DNA of 64,000 bases from positions 10,230,001 to 10,294,000 of the forward strand of contig OZ176051.1 in NCBI GenBank assembly GCA_964247055.1, in the 5' to 3' direction. Each line of letters starts with the position of its first letter. The stretch's first letter is position 1. Positions 34,876 through 46,900 of this stretch are shown piece after piece. Both the position numbers and the translations under genes were made by a program. Source of the DNA: Paragordius varius. Taxonomy: Eukaryota; Animalia; Nematomorpha. Under the pieces are notes generated by a model. The model saw only the letters and a list, made by a program, of their open reading frames with translations, had not been told where the DNA came from and did not search any database.

Positions 34876-37800
34876 ATGACTGAAAATAGCAGTAATGTTT
34901 TTAATGATTTTGACGAATTCAATGCTCTTTTTGCATCTATTGATCAAAATACAGAAGAAATTGTTCAACCGGAATTAGTATTAGAGTCGGATAAAGTTCA
35001 ATATGTAAATGCCCTATCGCCTTCTTCGTATATTCTCCCTGAAGAATTTGTTACGGTTGCGCCGGATAATTCTTACAATATATCTATGGAAGATAATTAT
35101 TTGCTGCTATCAAGTGACCCAAAATATATAGAAGCGTCTGGAATTTCTCAAGACGTTAGTTCTGCTGTAGAAACGGATATTAAATCTAATATAGCAAATT
35201 ATGATTTGGATGATATAATTAAAGATAGCGATGACTACGAAACTAATAGTCAAATTTCTTCAATAGATCCTCGTTCTTTTTTTCAAGATAAGGGATTGGT
35301 TTCTTCGAGAAAAGATGCCCGTCGAAAAATGCGCATAGAACCCTATAATGTTAAGTGTCGGATTAAAAACCGCCGAAGGCTTTGTACAAAATTCTATACG
35401 CACGTCAAAAATAATAAGTGGTTTTATAAGGCTGCATTTAACCAACTTAAAGATTATAATCTACTTTATGATAGAGAATTTAATCATGTTCAACAAAGAT
35501 TCCTAAAGTATCCCTCTATTGAAAATTTGACACAAATTTTTCAACCGATAGTTACTGTAAAGTTTATGGATGAACAAATATCACGCATATTAAATATTAG
35601 TGACGTTTCAACATTCTGTAAATCTCTTGCTCAATCTATTGCTTTACGCGAGAAAAATCTTAAACCGCTTTATCTAAATAAAACGGCCACATGCCTGAGT
35701 AAACCCTTGAAATCTCACGAAAACAAAAACAAAGTTTTATCAAAGATTTTTAGCAGGAGTGCTTCAATAAATTTGAATTTAAATAATAACCAAACGAATG
35801 TCAATATTAATCATATCCATGCGATTCCGTCCGATGAAAACTCAAATGCTAAAAATATTATCACATCAACCTGTATTAATGAGTCTTGTCAAAATGAAAA
35901 TTCAATAGGTATCGACAAACCCATCGATAAAAGCTACCTCGATTCCGCAAACGATATCCCCCAAGTTTCTGTTAATACAGTCACTAACAATAATGTTAAT
36001 ATACCGAACCCTTTATCTCCCATAAAAGTGAAACCATTAAGCAGCACACTGTTAAATCTTAAAAAACGCGTTGAAAAATTAAAGCAAATGAGTTTGATGG
36101 ATAAAAATAACGGTTTAATTTTTATTTTTTAAATAAAATTATTACGTTTACATATATATAATTTAAAACAATTTTTTTGCTTTAGCCCTATAATTAGAGG
36201 TTGGTATTGGTGCTAGAATCATTAGTTTTTGAAACCGTATATCTAATTGTTTTTTAAACCGGAATTGCGTTTTTAAATGTTTTTTTTAAATTATTAAATT
36301 TTAAAATATATAACAATATTAACCATATAACGACATAATATGAAGATTTTAGCCTACCTTTGCAATTAGAAGTCGTACGTATTTCCTATCAAGCAATAGG
36401 TGGCTTTTGAAATGAAAATTTTAAGATGACAATGTTTACCACATGTCGAATTGTGAAACACATTTCGCCCTTGTTGTGGACTCATTAGTCACACATAAAA
36501 TTTTCGTTTCATAAAGCGACCTATTGCTTTATAGGAAGTACTATGACTTTCAATTGCAAAGGTAGCTTCATATTATGTCGTTATTCAATACCGCCATTTT
36601 TTTCTAGTATTTTAATTTTACCATATTTTTAAAATCGTTTTTATATTTTATATTACTTAATTTTGAGATGAGTAGGGAACAATCAATTTTTTAGTTTATT
36701 CAGCAAAAATTTCTTTCCGAATTTTTTTTTGATATATTAAACGGAGCACCTTACTGAACTGTTTTCCAAAATACACTGAAGTGAAACTAGAAATCAATTT
36801 AGGAATTGCAAAAAAGCAGTTTATTCCATCTCTGATTTTATATTTCATTTTTGCAAAGATGATTGAAACATAATTCTCTACCAAGTTTTTTATATCGTCA
36901 TAGGAGAAAAGAGTCACACTATTCATAATAAATTATTCCTTTTATTTTTCAAATGTGATATTAGGGGTAATGTCTTTATATTAATATATTCTATTGCTTA
37001 ATACCGAGTCATTCATGTCTAAATTTTAGTGCTCTTAACGATCGTAACAGTTTCATTTTAACAATATTTTGTGCGAACCTTTTATGTGAATTGATGCTTT
37101 TTTATTTTGATTTCTCCTATATGCCACACCATTTTATAGCAAAAAATATTTTTTCTTTAAATATTTAGGTATTGGAAAATAGTATTTGTCTAAAGTTTAT
37201 TTTTTTGTTCAAAATCAAGTCTTTTTTAAGATTTTTTTCTGATGCCATGTTCCGCACCAAATAAGGTTTTATACCAATTACTTATTGGTTTAGTTTACGT
37301 CTTTCGTCGGTTATATTTCTTGTTTGTGTTTTGCCTGCTACCGCGTACAACGCAAACATGTTAAATTGTTTTTTCTCAACCAACGAACGATCTTCATTTT
37401 TATTTTACTATATTGGAAATATCATAGTTATCACACATATATTTGGTATTCTTATCATAAACTGACTACATAGGTATTTATCTTGTTATATTATAGAGTT
37501 AGGGTTTGATTTTGACCCGTCAAAATATGTCAACCAACCTAACCGCTTATATTTTTCAATCATTTTATAGAAAAAATGTAAAATATTTATTGTAACTAAA
37601 TCAAACAAAAAAAAGTTAATCGTTCAAATTGGCTTAAACATTCATTACTTTTTAGGTAGTTTAGTATCCCAGAATGATTTTAATTACCAACCTAAAAAAG
37701 CATTGGTACGAAGACCTGGGCAAGCCTGTTTTAAGCTTTCCCTCAATACAAAATGGCTCTAAATTAAAGAAAATTATAATAATGTAATAGGTTCTATTGA

Positions 37801-40800
37801 TTTTAAAAATTGTCTATGTATATTTGAACTGAGTTATGAATGTCTAGATGTGTTACTACTAGTCTTTTGACATTATAACTTTTTTGTATGTAAAACAAGG
37901 ATACACATAGTTTTATAACAAAGTTTCATATTTATATCATATGTGTCAAGTTTATTTTTTATTTAAATTCTAGCAGGACAAAGTTGCAAAGAAGACATAT
38001 CACCAATGTTGACCAAATCTGACACGCATATCGATAACAGCACGGTACTTTTGATTTTACTAATAATTAATCTTGAATTAATTGATTAACATAAATATAT
38101 ATATATATATATAGTGTGAGATAAACTTTAACTATATTAAGATTTTATCCAAAATAATTATACAACACAATATAATTTAATATTATTTTAAGATTCCTGA
38201 ACACCAGACCAAACAAAAGCCGACACGTACTAATTCAAAAACTCTATTATCGAACAAATTAGATGCTGTAAATGAAACTGTATCAACTCCCATAAACAGT
38301 ACCAAAAAAATACGGCGTAATGGTAAATCTCTCCAATCAAATGGTAATATTTCACCTGAAAATGGTGAAAATGTCACTCTAGTAGCTGTTAAGGGCAAAC
38401 CACGTGGGCGATATGCTAAAAAACACATTTTAGCCACTAATTCAAATACTGCTGTTAATGATAGTTTCAATAAATCACCCAAAAGTATAGCAAAAGAACC
38501 TACTAATCGTTTGAATAAATCAAGTATAGACAAGGATAAATTGATTGACACTCAAGGTATAACTAACAATTTGGATATTATAGCGGATTCTGAATTTGAT
38601 GATGATGATGATTTACCATTGATTCAACCAACCTTAACATCTTTCATCCGACAAAAGATGGCGAATAATAATGTAAATCCCCTACCCATATCACCTAAAA
38701 GAATTACTAAAACCTCACAAAAACAAAATGATCTGGCAGGAAAAGAATCGACAAAAAATAATGTTAATGGGAACGAAGATTCATTAGAAAGTAACCTAAC
38801 TATTCAACCAACGATAACACCTTTCATTGCACAATATATAAATAATTCCAGCACAACAGCATATGACACCAGTCAAATCCAAAACGCAAATTTAACGCCT
38901 CCAACCCAATCTACATCACCAAACAAAAATGATCATCAAAACAGTATGATAAGCGCATTAAGTAAAGAAACCACCGATCAAATTTACAATGCGCTAAAGA
39001 ATCGTATTAATACCATATTGGATAATTATGTCCCTGCACCTGCAGATTCTGGCATTCAACTTCCGCCTTCACCCTCGCAACAAAAAATTGAGGAGATTTG
39101 TGGCCGAATGGCCCATGACATAGAGATGGCTATGCGAGAAAGCACAAACCTAGATACCTCTAATACACATCAATACAAAGCAAAGTGTCGAGCTATATGT
39201 TACAATTTGAACGATCCAAAAAATAGGGTAAACTAACTCCTAAATATATTTGATCTGTCATGATTATTTAAGGCATATTTTAACATGTAAAAGTTAGTTT
39301 ATTAAATCAAAAGTAGTGCACTCATCAATGGTATTATGAGATATATTTAATGCTCAACACAGTGAAGGCTAATATCTTTTTTATTTCAATAATCCTTCAT
39401 CTTTGATTGAAAAATAGCTTTTGTCCTATGATATTTTAGATTTTTAATTCTTAGCTAAAAACCTTTGACAATTTGTTTTGATAGATCTTTTATTGTCTAA
39501 TTGATGATGAAATCAAACCTTCAACCTTTGTAACCATGACACAAGACAAAATATCTCAATACCGATCCATGTCTCAAACCATAACTCCACCAAAGCTTAT
39601 TAGAGCTTTACGAAAATTTTGGTCCCCGCACCAATACAAAGTTTGATTCAGCCTAAATATGTTGTTAAAATTTATTTAGGTGCCTATAACCATTTAAACA
39701 TATAAAAATATAAATATACAGTTTAGAGTAACTGTATTTAAACCGCCGCCCTAAAATGCTTTTGACAGCCCTGAATTATTTATTTGCTTATTTAAAGTGT
39801 AAGTATCTGCATAAGTGTCACAGCCTATTGTATGGTACGCGGCCTCTGAGGCAAGACAATTATTATATTAGGCCCTTCGTTTTAAGTGAGTACCACTGGT
39901 TTAGAGACTCTTTTCTATTTATATAAAATTAATGACTTAAATTATATTAATAAAATCAAAGCAAACATTAATTTTAATATAAGAATCAAAGTTTTATTTT
40001 AAAATATATTATAATTAAGCAGATTTTTATTAATAATTTTTCTACATGGACAAATGCCTTGTAGTTTTAGGAATCTAAGATTTATTCAATATGTTATGTA
40101 GAATATATGTATCTGCGTGCTATATATGGGAAGCGATTCTAAAACTGTAAAAACAATTTTCTTAAATTCACTGTTTCAACGATGTTTTTTCGGTATATCA
40201 TTATTAAAATAGATATCAAGTAAATATTAGGCCTGTAAAGATTATCTTTATTTCTTTCCTGAAATACTACAGATTTGAGATTGTTGAAAAAAAAATATAT
40301 TTATTTAACACTTTGATTCAAATTGGGGCATCTAGAGACCTTAGACCATATTTAAAATGATATATAAAAAACGAATGAAGGAGTAATCTTAAGGATTATA
40401 TATTTTGTTATCAAATATATTAACGTTCCCTAAACTTGATTGATAAAAAAACTACAAGCGATGTCTATATCTGTGATTTCATAAAAAGCCAAAAATAAGA
40501 TCATTTTAATTTAAGGAAATCGTCTGATTTATATGACTGATATGTTTTGGTACTACCGTTTATTTGATGAAAAAAATTATATTATTTAAAAACAAACTAT
40601 GTAAGAGAGTCTTTTAATTTAAAAAATCCTGCTTTAAATATACTCCTACAAAATTACGAAACATCATTCATTATCGTTTTCGGCAAAAAAGATTTTTTTA
40701 ACTTTTTATTTAGTATTTGTCCAAATTTTTACCATTGGTAATTCAAGTTGGACTAAAATAATAAATTTTATAAAACCATCCAAATACTTTAGAAAAATCG

Positions 40801-43302
40801 TTATTTGAAATGATTCTTCCGTAGAAAATATTTTATGCGCCAATAAAAGCTGCAAATATTGTTTTTAAAGGACATTTTTAAATTAAATCAAACATTTTGC
40901 AGGTTTAGAATACTGTCTCGGACCGTGTTGCAATTAATTCAAAATTATATTGCATCGCTGAAATTAACCCATAAACTATATTATTAGGTAATCAATTTAA
41001 CGTATTTTTTTTATTTATAGCCTTATGGAAAACCAAATTTTAAAAATGGACTTGGAAAGCGAGATAGATTTAACAAGCAACTTCCTCTTCGTGATAATAT
41101 GCATGCAGATCCACGGGTACGTTCACAAAATTATCAAACCACGAATAAAAGATCATTACCGTTGACCTCAAAAAATGTGGAAAAAAGATTTCCCGAAAAA
41201 ATTAACGCCAATTTATCTGCAACGAATCCCCTCAATTTACAGCCCTTAGATACGGTCTCACATGGGCCTGCATCGTTGTACTCAGAAATTAATCTTGAAA
41301 GCGATGATATAGATGAGTCTAAGTGTGCATTTAATCGAATTCCTTTATATAGCAATTAAATATCATTATTAGCATTATTTTATTTTAATTATCCTGATAA
41401 TCACGAAATCGTATAAAAAAATAAAAGAGTAAATTTATTTGACTTCAAAAAATATATTATGTATGTTTAAGATTTGGATCGACATTCGAAAGAAAAACGC
41501 TTTTAAATAATAAGCAATCAACTTCAGCATTATCCCGTGATCCAAGATTCAATAAAAATTACAGGTACGTATGCCTACGATTTAAAAAAGCTAAATATAT
41601 TAATAAGGCCTAAAACTAAAACTTTTGTTTTCCATTTAAATAGCTTGGTTGATGCAAATTTAAGTTTCCAACTACCGAGTTTCCACCCAGATCTTTCAAA
41701 CTCTCAAAAAACAATCATAAATACGAATCCTAAAATGCTCAAATGTTTTGAATGCAACAAAAATTACATGGTAACTGAGAAATTGATTAAATGGTGCGCA
41801 GCCGAAAAAAGCATTAAATTAGGTTTTATTCGAGCTCATGAGGCTTGGAAAACGATAGAAACGGCTCATTACTACCATCAAGTAAGTGACAGCAAATATC
41901 ACAAATAAAGTGTTCAAACAACTACTATTTTAATTGTATAATTTATTAACTATAAAATTATCAGAAATATATAACAACGATATCTTGCTTTAGGACGATA
42001 CCATAATTTACAAATTGTATCCTATTGGTTTGGATTCAATCAATAATAATATTAAAAAGAGCAACAATTCAAACGTTAGCCCAAATAAATTATTAAATTT
42101 CATGCAACAAATGCTGACAAATTCAAAGTTGTTGCATGCCGATTTATATTTTGATAATACACCCTTAAGCATATATCTTACACCATTTCCCCCAAACAAA
42201 AATGATAAATTTCCACCCTTTTTATACAACACCTATCGTAACGAGATAAAATGTAAGTTAAACTTCTTTAAAATTTGTTTTATTAACTAGTGCGCAACTG
42301 CTTATGGTTTTTGTATTTATAGATAAAACAAATGATGTACGAGAAGATCAATCCTTCTTCATTGGGATATTAGTTTTATCGCGTGACAAACGAGATTTGT
42401 TAACTCAAACCACACTAAAGAACAGCAACAGGACTCCTGAAAAAGAAGTCATCGCTATAATACAAGAACCGCCGATAAAAGAGCCGACACTGTCACTAAA
42501 ACCACCGAATCCCTTTGATTTTTTGCCAACAACAGATTTGCCTCATGGTGATGTGGATTACAGATTGTTAGAAAAAACTTTAGTACAAAATGTTGCTACT
42601 CGCAATGCAATGAATCAAAATGTAGTCATTGATGATACCAAGCCCGTAAAACAATCTAAGTATGTGTTCAGATTTTATTTGCGATACGGTAAACATATTA
42701 CTTTTTGAGGTAGTTTCCCTCAAAATTAATTTAAAATTATTTATCTCTACCGATGGTACAATAGGCCCTATAAAAAGAATATATGTCTAAAAAAGTACCG
42801 ATGATAATGGGCTTAAAATTTAAACATGTGCATGATATGTTTTTTTAGGGCTCTAATTTTATTAATGAACTAATAATATAACCGCTTATATTTTATTATT
42901 TGGCAACAAAAATAATAAACATATATGTTGAGCATTTGTTTTTACGGTGAATATCGGTATAAATAATTTGACGGTAGTAATTATTAGATTAAATAATTTA
43001 GTTTGCAATATACAAATTTGATTATTATAGCAAAAATATTTTTTATTAATATTTATAAAACGAACTAAATCTATTAGTATAAATAGCAACCTAGTATTCT
43101 TATAAGAATTATATACGCTTTTGTAATTAAAATTTCAAATTATTATTTTAGATTGCCAATCCAAAATTACAAAACAAACAGTTTTGGAAGTTGCGATATC
43201 GATAAGGCAATAGCGGATGAAGAGCCATCCGTAAATTTAGATGATCTTTTGTTGAAAGTGGCAGTTAGTCTTAAAACTTTAGAAACCCAAAAAACAAAAT
43301 GA
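34876..43302 (+). CDS. TFIIS-central-domain (TLD) + divergent SPOC protein, PHF3/DIDO1/SPOCD1/Pps family. Exons 34876-36112, 37656-37727, 37974-38044, 38193-39227, 39485-39640, 41021-41322, 41472-41564, 41644-41881, 41994-42252, 42323-42659, 43152-43302
   Basis: TLD motif IEMAM..STN..T....YKAKCRAICYNLNDPKNR|IFYCLIDDEIKPSTFVTMT. The SPOC-like series is IKLGFIRAHEAWKTIE / IIYKLYP / LSIYLTPFPP..DKFPPFL / FFIGILVL. GT-AG phases are consistent from 37974 to the TGA at 43300-43302. Linkage of the first two exons is tentative (weak donors at 36113 and 37728). Confidence 0.72.
36327..36584. repeat. Hairpin (inverted-repeat) element in an intron of the TLD-SPOC gene
   Basis: ATAACGACATAATATGAAG..CTACCTTTGCAATTAGAAGTC..TTCCTATCAAGCAATAGGTGGCTTT pairs with AAAGCGACCTATTGCTTTATAGGAAG..GACTTTCAATTGCAAAGGTAGCTTCATATTATGTCGTTAT. 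Confidence 0.75.
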
Positions 43303-43984
43303 AATATAAAGTTATTACATTATATCTAATTGCTAATGATAAATTTATCTCTAATAAATTCCCATGTTATCCAATAAAAATGTATTATAATATAATAATT
43401 TTTTTCATATCTAAGTGCGCATGGAGTATTTAAATTATTTCATAAGTTTACACCTCACCAGTTTGTGATCTAATAAAGCTATTTGGAATTAACATTCTTT
43501 GTGATTAAATTAAAAAATACTTTCTTTAAAATATGACATAACATTTTAAAAATATGCCACTCTTTCCATGGAATGAAAGGGAAAAAGGTATCGGAAGCAC
43601 CGTTTGTGTAGGGAAAAATTATTCCGTTATCCAATTGATTATAAAGAGATTTTATAGATGGAATGCTTATGTTAAAAAATTTGATACTTTGATTTTATTG
43701 GATTATTATATGGAATATTGTCTTCAATAATATCTTTGACCGTATAATTATTTTCGGAACCTTGATGAGTTGTAGTTTTACCAAATATCTCTACCACTAA
43801 CTTGTCATAATCATGCTATATTTATGGATAAATTTACTGTCTGTTTGGGTGCTGAGGTGTCAATTTTATTTTCTGTTCTAAAACTTTGAAAATCATCAAA
43901 TTCGTCGTCATTTTTCACCTCATTTAGCATATGTAAAATTCACCTGTACATTTCGCATAATATCATTTAAAACACACCCTTATC

Positions 43985-46900
43985 ATGCCTGTTTCTGAAA
44001 CCACTTTTGAAAAGCTTATAAATCGGCTAGAAACGGTTTGTACCCAGTTAGAAAAACATTCTGTTATGCCATCAGATAAAAAGAAAAATATTCATCAAGA
44101 TACTATGAACAAATTTATTACAAATGGTATGTGCAATAATATATTTACGACAACAATAATTTTAAAATCATATAATTAATTCTGACTCCTGTAATGTTTT
44201 GCGTTTCTAAATGCATTATAATTTCTAGATAAATATGTGGATATTAATATTATAAATTATCCAATCATTAATTTGAGTTTATTTGAGAACAATGAAATAT
44301 ACATTTTATTAAATAGTCTGTTTGCTAAAATGTTTGTAAATTAACACTCAAAAGTTTTATTTTATTTCCCCCAAACACTACCTTAACATTTTATTACCTT
44401 TTGGGATAGTTTTACATCTCATAGCGTTCTAATTTGAGTACCTAAAAAAGTATTGAAGGTACTAACTAAACCGAATAAAAAATATGATTTTCTTAGTCTT
44501 TTAGGCGCATTATTTTTAAAAATTACCTTAAAAATGTAAAATTGTAAAAAAATCCTTATTAACTTTTTTGTCGCCATTTTTTTCTATATTTTTTTTTAAT
44601 CGGTAATGCATCAGGCATATAATGTATATTAAGGTTGGAAATTGGCTTCAAAACCTTTCAGGCTACGTTTTACTAGTAAAACTAAAAAAGAAATCACAAT
44701 TAACTATGACTTTATCTAATACATGAGAACAATGCTTGATAATTAAATTTTAATTAAATAACTTGGAAAAAATCTGTTTCTATTAGTATTGGCCAATTTG
44801 GGTTATACGGTATTAATGTATTGTAATTTATCATTAGTTGTTTTGCGGATTGGAACTCCTCTTCTTCTCTCTCGGTCCAGGCCCATGGTCTAATTGAACC
44901 TGTGTTTCTGTGGAGGTTGCATATCGCTTGATGGAGATTTGGTATGAATCGTTCGTGAAAGTTTAGCAGTCCTAAAAATGATCTTAGTTCTGTCTTATTG
45001 GTGGGTCTCGGACAATTGATCAAAGCTTGAATTTTGTCATTGGTGGGACGAATTCCATTCTTTAAAATTTTATATCCCATGTAATTGACAGATGAAACGG
45101 CGTTGCAATTTGTCTCTGCTCAGTTTCAACCCTGCAGCTTCCAATCGTTGCAATACCCTGGTCAATGTGGCGTCATGTTCGGTTCTTGTTTTACCTGATA
45201 TTAATATGTCATCTAAATAGATACATATACCTCGTATGTCACCAATCAAATTATCCATGATTCGTTGAAATATATGAGGTGCCGTAGTCAACCCAAATGG
45301 AAGTCGTTGGTAACAATAAAAACCTTGATGGGTAGTTATGGTCAGTAGTGGTTGTGATGATTGTTGTATGGGAATTTGCAGGTAAGCATTTTTCAGATCT
45401 AGTGACGTAAAAACTGTCCCTTGAGCTGTTCTTGAGATTAGTTCATCAAAGGTGGGGATTACGTGGGAATCGGGTAGCAAATGAGGATTGAGGCTGATTC
45501 GGAAATCCGCACATATCCTTATTTGGCCATTTGGTTTTAATATATTTACTGTTGGTGTGGCCCAAGATATACGCTCCATATTTGGGTCGATTTTTCTCAG
45601 GATACCTAGGTCTATCAATCTAGTTCATTTTCTACACGTTCTTGCAGGGGTAGGGGAACTCTCCAGGGGTAGTGTTACATTATTTATCGCAATCGATACC
45701 TCCACATCCTTAAGACATCCTAACCCGTCGAACAACCTATTATACTGGTTATATATAGATTTATTAGTTATATTATTAATCATCACATTATTTGGTAAAT
45801 TTAAATCAAATGCACGAATCCAAGGGAGACCAAAAATTAATGGTCGATCTCCCTCGGTTACAAAACATTCAAGGGTTTTTGTCATACCGTTCATTGTTAC
45901 GCTTAATTCTGTTTTACCGATGGTCGGGATTGTTTCGTTATTGTATGTGGATACTCTCTGTCCTACCTCTAGTCGTGGTTGTCCGGTTGATCTTCAGCAT
46001 CTGTCAGCACCTGTGTCAAACAACATTGTTGTTTCTATTCCGTTAAGTTGCACGGTTATTGTTGGGCCCATCCCAGTTGAATTTGTCACTGCCCGAATAC
46101 CTGGTTTGGTGGGATATTTGGTTCGGCAATACTTTGCAAAATGGTTGTATTTTCCGCACTTATAGCATCGTTGACCCTTTGCACTGCATTTATCGATTGC
46201 ATGACATTTCCCACATCTTTGGCAGTCTCTTTGGTGTATGGTTCTTTCTTGGCGGATTTTCAGCACCTTCGTTTCAATCACTTTGAGGGAATGCGCCATA
46301 TCATTTACCATTTGTAGTGACACTGGTTCGCCTTCATTTTGACCCGTGGGGAATCTTATATGTATCCCGTTCTAGGATTGGCATATTTAGTCCTATCAAG
46401 AAAACATCTCTTAAAATGCATGCTATATTGCCTTCAAAATCACAATCGTCAGCTATTACTTTTAATCTTTCCATATAACTCATGATTGGTTCGCCTTCTT
46501 GTCTGGTTGTTTTAAAGAATTCCTTACGACTCAGCCATATGCTTTTGTCCGGGGCAAAGATTTGCATTGCCATTTTTTGAATTTGAGCCCATGTCATATC
46601 CTCTATTTTCGTAGGAAGCTTGGTTTTCCAGTATAGAGATTGTGCGTAGTCCTGCATAGGCCAGGAATAAGTTTTTTAATATTTCATCATTTGGATTAAT
46701 GTTTTTAGCGATTAAGATACGATTCACGTGCTTTAAGTTTTGTTTAAAATTAGTGTTTGGATCGTATTCGTTAATACTGATTTTGGAAATTTCGTTTTTA
46801 TAATAGAGACGACATATAAATTATTAATTCAAATTAAGTACATTTATTAACTGATTGCTTAGTGGTGGTACAGGTAGATTTATATTTTTTAGCAAGGATA

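Noticed and set aside
38183-38551. Minus-strand 122-aa ORF, and a suspected frameshift near 38240
   Set aside because: The ORF is antisense to exon 4 of the TLD-SPOC gene. On recount the A5 run keeps 38193-39227 in one frame.
45488-46286. Plus-strand ORFs of 225, 84 and 75 aa
   Set aside because: They are antisense to Gypsy gag/pol.
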